Below, one piece after another: positions 1-15,300 of a stretch of DNA of 64,000 bases (positions are counted from its first letter, which is position 1; each line of letters opens with the position of its first letter). A model generated the notes under the pieces. It had not been told where the DNA came from. It did not search any database and was given only the letters and a program-made list of their open reading frames with translations. The position numbers were made by a program, and so were the translations under genes. Source of the DNA: Bugula neritina (Eukaryota > Animalia > Bryozoa); NCBI GenBank assembly GCA_964035545.1, contig OZ037766.1, positions 13,320,722-13,384,721 on the forward strand, written 5' to 3'.

Positions 1-79
1 ATTTTATTTTAAAACCATCTATTTTTGTGTTTTAAAACATTACTCAAGTCATTTCATTTGAATATCCAAAAAATTTGAT

Positions 80-128
80 TGCGTGCGCGTGTGTGCGCGA
101 GTGTGCGCGTGTGTGTGCGTGCGTGCAT
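80..128. repeat. (GT/GC)n alternating purine-pyrimidine microsatellite in the 3' UTR of the large gene
   Basis: tgcgtgcgcgtgtgtgcgcgagtgtgcgcgtgtgtgtgcgtgcgtgcat read directly. Confidence 0.9.
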
Positions 129-375
129 GATGAGAATACATTACAAAACACAATAAACCACATATCACTATGAAAGACACTACAACCAGGCCATTTAATG
201 AATAACTTGTTGCCTCACTTGAAACAAATGCTTGAGAGAAAGAGTCATTCTTCTCAGTTCTCGATCTCTAGCCCCTTCCAGAAGTTCTACAATATACAAA
301 GTAAAAGAGTACTTCACTGCAATATTATGGTACACATTGTACAACAACAAGCCAGGATACAGAAGGTCAGTAGCA

Positions 376-3300
376 CTAACCTAGCAGAATACAAGCTTTC
401 ATAGAGAGACACAGCCTATTGGTCAGATCTGTGAGATTATCTGAGTTGACATAAACGCCATGCTTTGAGGTTCCTTTATGCTTTTGAAGAGTCATAGCAC
501 AGTCTTGGAGCTGTTAAAAAGAGTTAATTTTTACATAATCTACCTGCTAGCAGGTTTCATTAGTAACAATACTTATAGACATGGCAGGCAACGTCTACGT
601 TGAACTATTAACATTAGTAATGCCATGTCAACTACAGTTCCATGACCTGCGTGTAATATACGTACAAACCATATCACTTTAAAATAAAGTACTCTTTAAT
701 AAAGAAAACAGGAATGTATTATTAATAATAAATACTACAAAGTTTTGTAAAAAATAGGCTCTAGCTAACTATCTTTTAACTACATGCTTAGTAGAGAAAA
801 AGTTTTTAACAATTAATGCTGTACAAAATTTTTTAAAATTGAAAAAGCTGACATCACACTTATAATTTTTTTGTTAAATTTTATGACTTATCCAAGTTAA
901 CTGAAAGAACTAGTAAAAATTGAAGTATTCATTACCTTTTCAGTAGAGATCCCCATGCACTCCAGCAACTCATCAACTGACTCAAAGCCTTGAAACTCCT
1001 GATCTTGTCTAGAAGTGAAATGAGCTTTTCTTTTTTCACAGATATCAATAAGTTCATTGATGGTGATACAGCCCTTAGTAGCGACTATCGTTTTGCATAC
1101 ATTGATCCATGGCTTGGTACGATGATGAGCTCTAGAGTCTTTCCTGTGTTTAGATCTAGGTAAAGACTGAGACTTACTCTCCTCATCATCAGTAGTTTGA
1201 GAGAGGTCAATACCTTTACAGAGAGACTTCAGACGATCACTGGAATTCCACCGGCTAAGGTCTAATGACTTCTGGCTAAAAGATTCTGTAGATCTGGGCA
1301 AGGATCTGGTTTTGTCAGTCGAGCTTTCATACACTTTCTCTTCGAGAATTGTCTCCCCACCAAGTTCCCATTTTGAACTGGGCCTGCCATGATATTTAGT
1401 TTGTATATATTTAAAATAACAGTAATATTGGTAACAATATCAACATTATATCAGAATTTGAAATATAATACTACTCATATACATACTAAGCATGTATCAG
1501 CTACTATATAATGCTTGCATGATTAGTTGGTAATAAGACTTACCTATACATGTGAGGCTTTACGAAAGATGGAATAGAGTTGTCTGAGTCGTAGTTATAG
1601 TCACTTGTCCAACTGTCTGCCATTGAAGACTCATCATCCGAACTTTGAAGAGCAACATAACCGTATTCTGCCTGATTGTCAGTTTCTGGAGGAAATTTCT
1701 CCTTAAATGGAGATATTCTCTTTGATAAGTCGGGAGAAGACTGAGCCATCCGATGCAATGGACTAAGTTTACTTTGTAAACGTAAATTTTTAGTATTCTG
1801 GGAGTCGATGATATTTACTTCTTCAGTGTTAGTATTGGCATCATTATTCTGAATAGATAAACTAACTTTTGGGTCTGTGACCGAGATCTTGGCTGGAATT
1901 CTAGCATCATTTTTCTCGTGTGTCATTTGATGCAATGTAGAACTGGCTTTTTCAACTTCTTTGTTTTTACGACTTTCAACGGGCTTCACCTTAACATCTG
2001 AGTCATTGTTCAGTTCAAACTTCTCTTTTAATTTTTGTTGGGCGGCAGCACGCACTGCTGCCTTCTGCGCTTCTCTTTCTGCATCTCGTTTTCTTCTTTC
2101 TTCTGCAGCTCTTTGTCGCTCCAACTCACGTTTCTTTGCTTTTTCTTCTACTTCCTTCTCCACTGTCTCTAATTTCAACTTCTTTTTTTCTTCTCTTTGC
2201 TGGTCCTTGCTGAAAGTTTCCACTTTGGAATCATCAACTTTTTGAAAATTATGAAAACTTGACTGCACATTTTCAGCAGATGCAACCGATTTCCCTTTAA
2301 ACTTGACTTGATTCACACCAAGTTTCAAAGGCTTCTTCAACTGAACTATGTTTTGTTTCAACAATTTTTGAGCATCTGCTTTGGCTTTCTCCATTATTGC
2401 TTGAACCCGAGATACTTTGGGTTCATTTTCAATTATGGGTTTTTTCTCTACTTTTTTTTCACTGCTGTTTTTAGATGAGCTGGAGGTTTTTCGATCACTC
2501 TTGCTATCAATTATAGCTGCCGCTTCATATGTTTTAACTTGATGCTTATAGACCCAGTTAAGCAAAGGTTTATGATAAATTCTGGTACTCTGTCCTTTCA
2601 ATGTCACAACTTTAGGAAGAGAAACTGATAGGAAATATTCAACTGCCATACCTTTAGGCAATGTCGTTTGTTCTTCTAATATGTCAGCATATTTGATAGC
2701 AAAACGATAGTCTAGCAATGAAGGCAATAGCAGGCTATTGCTTTCTATGCCTGCACCAAACACTTCAACTATATTTACATGTGTGTGATCATATCGGATT
2801 CTTGGCTGCCTTGGTAATTCTGTAGCTCGAGAAAAAACTTTAGGTTTTGAAACTTGATGTAAAGGAGTGTATTCTTCACAGATATCACCTTCTTTCCAGA
2901 GCTCACCACAGTTGAAAACATCTACAGAAAACTTTTGGCAGGTATCATACCTAAGCTTTAATGCTGTAGTCACAGAAGGTGGTGCTGTTACTTTCATATG
3001 CCAATCAATCTTCACTAACTCAACTTTTGCTAGCTCATCAATGCTGGACCATGACAGTAGTTTCTGCTGAACAGCAACTTGTGTTCTGTCTGATTTTTTC
3101 TCTGTAATCGAGACATATCTTTTAACAGCACGCCCAATGCTCCATATCCAAGCATTCCATAGTGGATTATCAAGATCTCGAGGAGCTGAATGATACATTA
3201 CATGACTGGTAGAATCAGAGTTGATATTGCAAATTGAACTACTGTCCAACACTGTTTTAGGTTTATTACTATCAACATCTTGTTGAAAGATTTCTCCAGT

Positions 3301-6300
3301 ATCAGCACTAGTGATATTGTTAAGCATTTGGCAGACATTTAAAGGCTCCTGGATGACATTTTCTACAACATCACAATGAAAAGTGTGATCACACCTGCCA
3401 CTTCCATTTGCAACTGCAACCTCACCCTTATCTATCAATTCCTTTTCCTCTGCAATCAAACCCATGCTACCATCTACTAAAGAAGATGCATCACTAAAGA
3501 AAGATTTTAATTGATTGTTGTTTGTGTTAGTCATTGCTTTTTCTCTGCTAGTGTTTAATACTTCCAATATGGAATCATTTTCATTAAGCATGCCTTTTTC
3601 TTCTTTTTCAAATTCTTTAGAAACTACTATGCTATCTGCAATGTCACTTTGCACCGGAGATGTGTTGTCAGCATGATTTGATATGTCTTTAACTGATTCT
3701 ACTACACTTTTTGCTTCCACTTGCATCTTTAATGTAGCATACTGTATTTGAACAGTACTTGGTTTGATCTGAAAGTCATTTTCCAGAAGAATGGTTGCAT
3801 GCGTTTTGTATACACACATGTCTTCTGATCCAGCAGGCATGTTATCCATATCTACTACACCGCATTCCCAAACATCTTCTTGGTGTTCATCTGCCTCTCT
3901 ATACTTATAGTTCACATTGGTCGGTTGAAGTGTGTTGATGTTGTTTGGCTCAAACGGATCAACATCTTCAAAGTTGGTTATTTCATCTTGTTTATCTACG
4001 AAAAACATTTCAGGCGTAGCATAGCCACTGTTGGAAAGGTTTTCAACTGAACTAAAATCTGAAGCTGCTGTTTTCACTGGCATTGTGTCATCAGCGACCT
4101 CATATATTGAGTCATCATCACCTTCCCCGGCAGCATTAATTTGATCAGCAAGAGACTGAATTGACGAATTCAATTTCTCTAGGACATCACAATCTTGAAA
4201 ATCTGTCGGAAATAAAGGTAAACTCTTTGTCATAAACGCATGAGAGTCACTATGTTGGTCTAAGATGGTTGAGCTCTGAGCCAATGTCCGGTTTAATGAT
4301 ACTTTTTGAAGATTTTTCTCTTCCGACGTGCCACAAGTGTCAAGGTCGAGCATACTGGAAGACTGAGAACACGCTTGCAGAGACTCTGATAACGCTACTT
4401 GGGAATTTGTAGGCATATCTTTTACTTCTACAATTAAAATGACTGCTGTGCCACTTCAAGTCAAGTTAGTATAGTTAATATGCTCCAACATAGTTTTTAG
4501 CAACTTTAAGCTTCAAAATAAAAATATTAATAAAGCATATTTTTTTACAGTTGAAGATGCAATTTCGTGAGTTTTGATTATGAAAAATTAAAATAAGTTA
4601 GTGAACAGCAAAGTCCAGAGAAATTTTCTGAAAAAGTTCTGTTCGTCATTCACAAAGCAAGATTTAGTAAACCGTAATAAAGTAAGAAACATTTTTATAG
4701 TAAAAAATAGAAGCCAACAAAAAGCAAAAACATCACCAATTACTTGAACAACTTGAACAACACAACTGCACATGCTAGCTAAATAATTTATTAACTGTTA
4801 GTAACTACAAACAAAACATTAATAATTTTGAAGCAAAAGTTGTGTTGGCCTAAAGCAAAGCTGCAAAAATGGCAAAAAAACTAAATGTGCAAAAAGGTTC
4901 CAAGTTAGCTACACTATAATAACATTTTACACACCTGCTTCTAGTATACTACAAGAACTAAATTCATATTCATCTTTGACTACAGCAGGAAGAATTTGAT
5001 GTAGATTCTCTGCAATGCTACCATTTTCAGTAGAGAGAGAATGATTAACCTCATTTGTAACATCTACGCCATTGTAATAACATTTGATTCCTAAAAAGAG
5101 CAGTTTGAACTCATTTCACTTCTTAGGAACAATATAGGGCTTCAACAGCCATGCTTCAAGTACAAATAAACAAATTGTTCAACAATGCACAATGTTTTGG
5201 CGGTGTTTAATATAACATACAAGTTTCATACTGATTCATGTCTTTAGGCTTTATTTTCACCAATTTTTCAAAAGAATCCAAACAAAGTTTGCTCATTGTC
5301 ATATTTAGGTGAGTAGACTAGTATGTCAAATAACACTGAAGTTTACATTACTATAGCAGATAAAATTATTTCACTGGTCAACATACAAGGTTTTGTAAAT
5401 AAAAATATCTTATAAATATGTATACTTTAGCTCACTCAAACTATTTATATTAGTTAAGACAGAGACGGCCCTTACCCAACGTGTCACTTTTATTTAGCGG
5501 AGATTTACGAAAGCCCTTGTCTACAGGTTTGGCGATTTCCTTCTTTTTACGTCTACTACTACCACTGCTACTAGAGAGCAATTCCTCCCTCGATCTTTTC
5601 TTTCTCATCCTTTTACCGATAAAAAGAGATGGAAAATTTTTATTCACAGCAGTTTACTATGTCCAATTTGAATTTTTTCACAATTTTCAGGTACTGCTGA
5701 AGGTTGAGAACTGCACCTCTATTAGAAGCAAGTATTTTATATGTTCCAAAAAGTACCAATAACTATAATCTGAAGAAAATACTGAAACAAGTCTAAACAA
5801 ACTAACAAATAACATACATAAAATTCACGCACATTCTGTGACATTTTAACAATATGTTATTTTACAAGAAAATACAACCGTAAAAATATTAAAAATACTA
5901 TATAATATTTAGTAACATCCTATTTTCTATCACATTATCTTTATGCCAGGCTGATTTACAAACATAATTTCTTTATTTATGTCATAAAAATTACATTAAC
6001 AAGAAGTATTCTTTAAAATATTTGTACCTTCGACCAACTTTATTGCTGCCTTCATCTAGAATGCTGTCACTGGAGTCACTCTGATTATCATCACAGAATG
6101 TAGCCGCGTGATCATGCTGCCCGTTGGATCTAGTCACATCTACACCAGAAGATTTATAAATATCGCCTAAATAACACAGAACCACATTTAACCTTGTAGC
6201 TGATCAGATAGTAAGAATAAGCATAAAGTTTCTAAATCAAAAAGATATAATGTCTGTTATATTAACATGATAAAATAAAGTTATTAAACCACTTAGATTA

Positions 6301-9300
6301 AATAACATATTTTGATAAATACTCAAGAATACATCAATATCGGATTATGTTTTAAAAAACACATTAAAAATTAAATCCTTAATTAGACAATATTTCTTTC
6401 AAATTTATAAATAGCTGGGAGCTGACATAGTCCATATAAGTCAAAGATCTTTTAAATATTAAAAACTATCAACATTTGTTGATAATGGTATTCTTTTTCA
6501 GACAACCAATTTTTTTCAGTTCAAAAAAAATTAAAGCCATTTATTTCATTTTCACTCAAAGCCGGTGAATCTAGTAATAGGATATATTAGAACTATTGCC
6601 CTGTGTGGCTTATTAGTGTAAAACATCATGTTACCTAGCTCAGGAGTTATCTTTCCTTTGTTGTCTGCATCTCCGGGTATCTTCTCCTGCCATGCTTTAA
6701 CTTTAGCAATGCTTTCCTCAACAACGGGATTACTGGTCAATTCTGCAACCATAGCAAGCTATTACCACATACAAACACAATAGTTTAATATTTTTTTACA
6801 ATTTGCCAGTTTATATCAATATGTGTCGACTGTAAAATAGCAAATAGCTGGTTAGATGTGTTCTAATATAACAATTTCCATTACATAAATTTGTCAGCAC
6901 GTCATTACTATGTCTATATATACAAAATGGTTTAGTAAATAAAAGATTCGGAAAGTATAATGTAGCTCTTAGTTGAGAGATGGAGCATATCGCAGGTTAC
7001 TAATTCACATTTCTAAAGCTATACTGGTTAGGAACTTAGAATGTGTATTCTAAAATATAGAAATCACAACATTCCAAGTAAGTTCAGATGTAATTTATAA
7101 CATTACGTTACTAATGTGAGATAAAGAACAGAATGTATAATTAAATTAATGCTAATTGCGATTTCCTTGAAATCTACTGCCTATGTCAATAAGCAACACC
7201 TTACAGGAAAACAAGATGTCTAAAGTGTAAATGGGCTATATATCTACATATAACATGTAAATGTTATAGATATCAGAGCTCCAACCCATTTATGATCTCA
7301 TGAGCTATACGAAGATACACAACCTGCAGACAATGTTCTGCAAACAACTAATATTCTACTATTATTACAGCTATGAAACAATACAGTAGTTACTAACTAT
7401 AACAATGGTGTGCTGTAGATAAACACATTATATAGGAACTGCTTTCTACACTAATTAAGCTAAGCAGTCCGTTACAAATACAGTACTGGTTCCATTCAGT
7501 TTGCAGCTCACGGATTGTGCAGCTTTTCTATTAAAAAAAATCCCATTGTGAGAAAACTTGCATTAGAGTATGTCCAAAAACCTAACAAAACTTTTTTAAT
7601 AAAATTCTTTTTACAGTTCATCCTAAAATAAAACTCATTGGTCCACATAAATACAATTAATATAAATTGTAGTCTAAAAATTGAGCTCTGTAACTATGCT
7701 GAGAGTTCTTCAATATAGAGGTTTTGGAAGTCTATTACAAGACGCAATCAAACATAGTTTTCTAAATAGATACATATTAAAATAAAATAATAATAAATTT
7801 AATGACCTAAAATATTAAAGATATTAAAATTAAATCTACAAAGTTTTAAATCTAAATAGACTGATGTATTATATAGAAGAAGCAGAAAGTAAAATCTTTC
7901 TGAGAAAATGGTGAATGTTGGCACCATAGAACGTGAATGAGTCACCAAATCGTGGAAAGCACAGATCAGTTGTCCAAGGTCTGCACTTTCCAATGACGCA
8001 TACGTGTACAGCATAGACACAGCATGAACACAACGTGTACACCTTACACAGCAACACATGTAAACAATATGTACAACTTACACAACAGACTTATTTCAAC
8101 AGAAAGTAAACTATCTGCATAAACTTAGACTCAGACACAACTGTTCTTACTGGCTGTAGATGGATTTTGAATCTCTGAGAGCCGAGAGCTGTCATGACTG
8201 TTACCAACACTATCATCCTGCGGTCTACCTAAACCTGGTGCAGCTGAAGTACTGTGAGCAATGCCTTGGTCAGGCTTGTTTACTTTCCCGTTAGCAGAAA
8301 ACAATCTACAACACCATATTATTTTAGATATAAAGTAATAATATACTATATTAGTGATCAATTTGCAAAATGAAATTGCTAACTTTACATGTTTGAAAAA
8401 CACTTCTTTAGTTCACTAGAACATGTTACATTCACTGGCACATTTAGAGACTGTCCACACAAAAAGCAAACAAATATATTTTTCAGCCCACTTTGTATTC
8501 TAGTAATGATTGTAAATGAAAATTTTATGAGTTTTATCTGAAAGCCAAGTATAAAAAAAAACAATTTCAAACTTGGTAAAAATAAAAAAATTTCGAAAGA
8601 AATAAATTGTATTTAAAATGACTTTAGATTTGAAAACATAATAACTCAAATAATTTCAGATTGAAATTATCTTTGCTGTATATTTGAAACTAATTATGAT
8701 CACAACTTAAAGTTAGCAATTTGACATACTGATTTGAATGAGAGGGGTCTTCTCTGTCAGAGGAAGGAGCTCTGATGGACGTTAACTTTGGTCTATTTGA
8801 TACTTTAACGGGTTCGTCATCTGAGCTAGAATCAGAGAGATTGTAGTACCGTCTTCTTCTTACATGATGTCTTCGAACTTTTTCAGATTTATGTTCTCTT
8901 TCAGATTTTTGTTCCGTTGTCACAGCAGCAGTTCCTTTATAAAAAGACCAGGTAACTAAGTTCCACAAAGACTTGATCATGTTACCTGCTGGTGCTGCGG
9001 CAGCATAAGCCTTTTACGACAAAACGCAGCTCAGCAGCAACTAGCTAGCCAGTGCTGACTTTGTATAGTTATATCTGAGCGTGTCAGTCAGTACTCAGTA
9101 GCATATCAACCTATTATGACTAAGCCTAAATGCATGCACTAATTGATTGTGACTAGTGGCTCATTAAGGACTGAGATTCGGGCTAATTTCAGGCTCTAAT
9201 TGCTCATATGTTGCAGGTATTATTTATTCTGTTCATAGGTTGCATACAAACATGCATGTGCTTACCTTTTAGCTACAGTTTAAGGTAAACACACTACACC

Positions 9301-12300
9301 CTAAAGATATGAACAATCAAACCAGTTTGATTTCATTTGTGGGTCAGCATTGAAGTCACCATTCTAACTTTTTACTTATATAGTTTAGACTGGTGAGACA
9401 ATTCCAGGTTTGAATTAAAAATAGAATAAAAAAAAATTGAGCATAAAAGGCGCAAGGTCTTATTATTAGAAATACTCGTACTACATTAAAATAAAAGTAA
9501 TATGTAATAGAATAAAGCTTTATTATATTGTAGCAACTACAGATGTTTTTATAGATATATAAGATATTATTAGTACGATATATATACAGTAATATATTGA
9601 AAACCTGAAGGAAACGAAAGGGAGTTTTTCTCTGCCCCAAATTACAGCAAAACACAATGCTAAACCTGTTATGAAAAATGCCATGATGATTCCAACCTCT
9701 TATTAAGTTAGTGAAGAAAAGGCAGAGAAAATCTATATTAATTAGACAAATAATAATAAAAAGAAGCAATCAGATTACAGGTTATATAGTTGCATTGGCT
9801 CGAAATGTAATGAAAATTATTATAGGCAAGTGTGTAACTTGATTATGGATAATTATGTTGATTCATCAGCCCTAGCATAATATAGTATTTTCAAAACATT
9901 CTGCGTGTAACAACTTACAATTAATCCCCAAATTAATATTGTTATGAATTTTCTTATATACATAATCAAATTATTAGCTACTTTTAGAAGAAAACTGTGT
10001 AACTACCATTACGTTTCTATATCTGAGTTAACATATTTGGCTTAAAATTAACACATTTTTTAAACATGTTTGGCAGAAACTAATAGCACACTCTCGAACA
10101 TATAAATAATGCTTAAACAAAGTCCAAAAGTGTCCAACTATTACTGAATCAATACTAAAAGATATTAAGGATTTCAACATTTTCACATGGAAAAAGAGAA
10201 AACAACTCTTCAACAACGTGCAAATTCTGATCAACCACGGACATCTTTTGATGGCAAGACCACGAACTAAAAGTATTTTAGAGAGCTATAAAATTGTTGC
10301 TAGTTATTACACTCTAAAACTAAAAGTACTTTTTTAAAAAAAAATGATTATTTTTGTTTAAAAAAAACAATTGTAGACTAAAACAGATAAAAATACCCTA
10401 CAGATAAATTTATGTAAGAGCCACAAGAATTCTACAGCTGCAAACAACTATCTCAACATCAAGTACTGTAAATCAGATGAAAAAAAAACCAATAAATTAG
10501 TTCAAGCTCTGGTCCTTTATAACAAATGATAACAGCTTTTGCTTCAAAACTGCAGTTTATTATTGAGGAAATTTAGTGATTCAAAATAGTTAGATTTTTA
10601 TTTACCTGATTTTCTCTCTGTTTTCTCTCGCAATGCAGAGCGGCGTTGATCCCGAGACAAGTTCACAGAACTAGTATTTTCACCAGTTGAGTCTCCTGCA
10701 GCATGTCTATATCTAGAATAGCTCCGTCGCCTCATGTGTCTTTCATTCTCTTTAAATATATTATGTCAGCATTTCAACCTAACCAGGTATTTAGATAGAA
10801 ACCAAGAGAGTAAGTAATTAAATGCACAAATACATTAAAAATGTACAATTGAATGTTTGCCAAACCTAAACCTATGGGGCGCAGTTTCTCAAATGTCTAA
10901 AGTCGAAGCGTATTATTAGAATCATTACAAATAATATGCTAACCTGTGTCTAAATCCGAATCTACATATGCTTTGATTTTTTCTCTGGTTTGTGATGTAA
11001 TAGGATTTGTTGTAGGAGTTGTGTTCACAATAGCATTAGATGGCCTGTATCTCTCAGGTCTTGACTTAGTAGGGAGTGGAGGCCTATTTTCAACATAATA
11101 TGTGAGCTCTACGCAACTGCCGTATTATCAAAATTATTAGTAAAACTAATACATCAAGTATAAAGGCACATTTCTTGACGATATAATATATTAATGCAAC
11201 TAAACTACTGCAATTAAAGCAAATAAGTTGTTTCTATAAAAATTATCAAACTCATTAAATTTAATTTTTTAAATAATGTTAATCATTAATATTGCAAATA
11301 TTTGAAAATAATATATGGTAAAACAATGTAATTTCAACAACTTCAATTAAGCCCTCCCACCCTTCCCTTTTATTCTTATGTAATGTAAACTAGTTCTGTA
11401 GAGAAAAAAGCATAAAGCTTCCGTTTTAAAATAAAAAAGTCATGCTTATTTGAAGTAAAGATTCTGTTCACTTTGTGCAACCCTGGAGACCCTAAGACCA
11501 ACCTATAATTAACTAAGCTTATAAAGCTTATAAATGAGTCTGCATGCTCCACAGTATCTCTTAACAGTTTTTTATATTTTTATCAAGCAGACAACCGAAT
11601 ACCATTCACAGACTATAAGACTTGGACAACCACAGATGAGCTGCAGCATGCTACACTCACGAGTACATTTCACATGTAAACTCAGAAACACAAATATTAT
11701 TAAGCAGCTGTGGCCCACAAAAATTATAATATTCCATAAATATAACATCTCACTTGCTCCATCTAAAATAGAATTAATAGATCAATGCACTACTTAAAAA
11801 CGAATGCAAATCAAATAAATATAACTCAGCTACTATGAGTTGTTTACAAAATTATTAGACAAGTGTTATCTTAAAGTAAGATAAATACAACATTTATATA
11901 TCTTATATAATATTGCAATATCATAGCATAGTATTATACCATACCGCTAACAAAAGCAACAGAATATCTATGAGAAATAAAGCTGGGGGCCATAAGTTAC
12001 AACTGATAAACTGATGTGAAAAAACATCTCAGTACTATTTTTATCGAAGCATAAAGCAAAACATTTCTCAAGAAATAAGAGTGAGATTGAAAATTAAAGG
12101 CTGCACAATTTTCAAGTCTTAAAGCCTAGAAGTGTGAAGCTTCAGGTACATTACTGGTTAATAAACAGCCAATGACAAATAACCAGTCTATCTGGTATAA
12201 ACCTACATTTTTCTTGTATAGAGAGATTGTACTGCACAAGATACTTACGACTTTGTTGCTGACCTTCGGTCTACTAGTCTGGAGTCGTTGGTGTCAGACT

Positions 12301-15300
12301 CTGCTGCCGTATCGATATCACTGTTGAGGCCGCTGCCATTGATACGTCTGCTAAACCTTCAATTGACAGCAGAAAAAAAGTCAACTATGAAATGTTGAAT
12401 ATACTAAAATAAATGCTTTAATAATAACAAAACCAGCAGCTATTTTTAGCCTACATTAAATAAACAACCTGCCTTAAAATATAGAATAATTAATTGTATA
12501 TTAAACTAATTGATTTAAAAGCAAATTTATAGTATTAAAAAACAACATGATGCTTTTCAGTGAGTTTAATTTCTCACATCAAAATGAAAACATAAAACAT
12601 TTTGAAGTTGCATTATGGCATTATGATCTTAACTACTGCAGTGCAAACAACAACCATATCAGTTTTAAAAATCAGTCCATTGAAAATGCACAACTTGAAT
12701 AATAAGCCAAATATTAATTCCTTGCAATACATACACTCACTAAGCAAGGTAAAGCAAAACCAAATAGTCCAGTTACTCAATATCACTAACATTGCCCATG
12801 TTATTACATAAATATAAGATGTATATTCTATTATAAATATTATAAATTATATGCATTAAATTACATGGAGGAGGATTATATAACAAAATATTTGATACAG
12901 AGCATAGGTGAGACTGGGAGTAGACGAAAAGGCTCTATATAGGGGGGAGCAAAAGCTGCTGAATCATAACTCAAGAGAGAAAGAATAAAAAAGAAAATTA
13001 GCTCAAAGGAGAAACAACAATGACAAGCAAAACCTTCTTCTAAAACTCCATGCATTCAACTTTCTGCGTCAACATGCACTGCACATGCACCAACACATAC
13101 AATACTTCGGTGTACAGGCAATGTTGTGAGACTTGCACATGAAGGTGTGTATTTATTGGTGGACATTTAGTTATACCTGCTTAAAGAGTTACTTCTATTA
13201 ATAGGGAATAGCTCTGCTCTACCAGGTACTATCTCTCTGATAGTGATTCGAATATGTGTACTTGTTATCATTGGGAATTGTTTTCTCTCTTTATCATGTG
13301 CTGGTCTACGCAGTTGTTAATTTAGTAGTCAGCAATAGCAATGCACAGTCATAAGGTTAATAATTCTACTTTATAGTTAGTTGCACTGCATTTCCACAAA
13401 ATATATGTTTATGCAAATACGAGAAGAGTTAAGGGTGTGAGAAATACTAATCATAAAATATCAGCAATATTATCTGAACAGTTGGCATGTATTACTCTGT
13501 ATCTCATTTAAATTCCCTACAAAATTGCCAATTGAAAATTTTATCAAATACCATTCTCAAATAAATGATTTATCATATGCAAGTAAATTGATAATAAAAG
13601 CAAACATCATGCATGTAATAAATACATCACCAGCTCCAAAAGCCGATTATACCTACTGAGACAGATAAATTAATGACTGCATGGTTTCAATTAGACATGA
13701 ACAATAGACTCCAACTGTTTGAAACAATTGGAAAGCACAACCTTTTGATATATTTTCATATTTAGGAGTTGCCCAAATTTTATAAATGCCACTTTAGGTT
13801 CGAATACATTATTTTTTAAATGTATCATGAATTACTTGTACACTGCAGATCGCCTTATATACTGTAGATTGCATTATATACTGTAGACATTGGGGAAAAT
13901 TGAGAACCAGCTGCTATGTTGGCCTAATTGATATATAATAATGCATTTTGATCTCAAGCCCACCAACTTTCTACAAATCTATAAAGACTATACCACTGGT
14001 GTACATATGCACAGGTGAAACTTCTAAATTATTAGTACCATGCTGCATACTCCACAAACTTTCACATACCATTACTATAGAAGAGCCATTATATTGATAG
14101 AGTAAGAGTAGGTATACGTTAACAAGCGTTAGGAATATGGCTATCATTGAAAGTGAAGGGTGAGAAGTGAAAAGAAACAGCCATCTCTTGAAGCCATATC
14201 AAGCCAGTGGAAGTAGAGTATATGAGTATAATGATGTTTCTTTCTACGATATCATATGTTGCAGAGTTTTATACTTCAATTATGTGATACCAATTATTTC
14301 AGTTATTTAATTATTCTCGGAAACAGTACACAATAAGCAAAGCAAGAAAACTTTCACAAATCCTTGTGGTTGAAGATTTGTGCATGAAGGTTTTTATAAA
14401 AAACATAATCTGGTGCACTCTTAACACTGCAAACTGTGTCATTGCTATAGATAAATAGATGGTGGCTACCAAGTGCAGCTAATTTGATGAATTAAATAAA
14501 TAATATGTAAATTATGCTGCAGAATTAACAAGTACCAGTGCATTGTGGATACAGTTGCCAAAAAATAACTAATATATTCAGACACCCTTTTTATTGTGAA
14601 GTAATTTAATAATATCTAATTATAAGCATAAAATAAACCTAGAGTCACAGAGTATGAATAATAGAAATATAAGACAAGCAGTTTAAAACTCAAATTCAAA
14701 GCTGATGGCTCGGTTTCTTCTCAAGAACGATGAAAAGCATTTTGTGTTGAATGAACTACCACATCTTGTATGTATTTACATTACTACGCCATAATTCATA
14801 CACACTATATAATTAATTCAACTTACTTGGATAAATTCGGAGTCCTATTGTATGTTTGGATATCAGCTTTATGAGTAGTTGTTTCCCCTCCAATACCAGT
14901 TGTTCTGAAATAACCCACACACCTTTCTCAACATGCTGTGTTACAACATAAAGTATCCCTTTAATAATTTAAATGTAATAAAAATTATCTAATACATATA
15001 ATACAACGATATATTACATTATATTTAATAATAATTGTACTATAATTCAGCAAGCTTAAATATATTATTATATGTATTTAGGAGTTGTGTTCTTTGAATA
15101 GCTATGGTTTTATTCATTGTCATAAGTTTTTTTTACTGCATTTATAAGCAGAAAAAAACTTTGTTCCTCATAATTCACAGCTTTTAACAACTACCTTTAC
15201 TCTCTTTATGATGCTGCTTCGATACTCATTTGCTAATCGTCACATTAAAGCACCCCATTTGGAAAAACTGTTTGGCATGGTAGTTTGATGATAAAAAGGT

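Noticed and set aside
1961-3070. Plus-strand ORFs 1961..2245 and 2867..3070 (and similar ones at 5481, 35007, 44968, 46696, 60684)
   Set aside because: Antisense shadows of real coding exons.
8935-8980. MIKSLWNLVTWSFYK as an independent start codon region
   Set aside because: Better explained as intron ending in ttttataaag (acceptor at 8935-8936), which matches the phase of exon 10606-10749. An internal start cannot be excluded.
14070-14185. Hydrophobic TM-like reading (MIAIFLTLVNVYLLLLY) ending in a gtatgt donor
   Set aside because: It ends in phase 0, incompatible with the surrounding phase-2 exons, and AT-rich DNA often yields hydrophobic ORFs.
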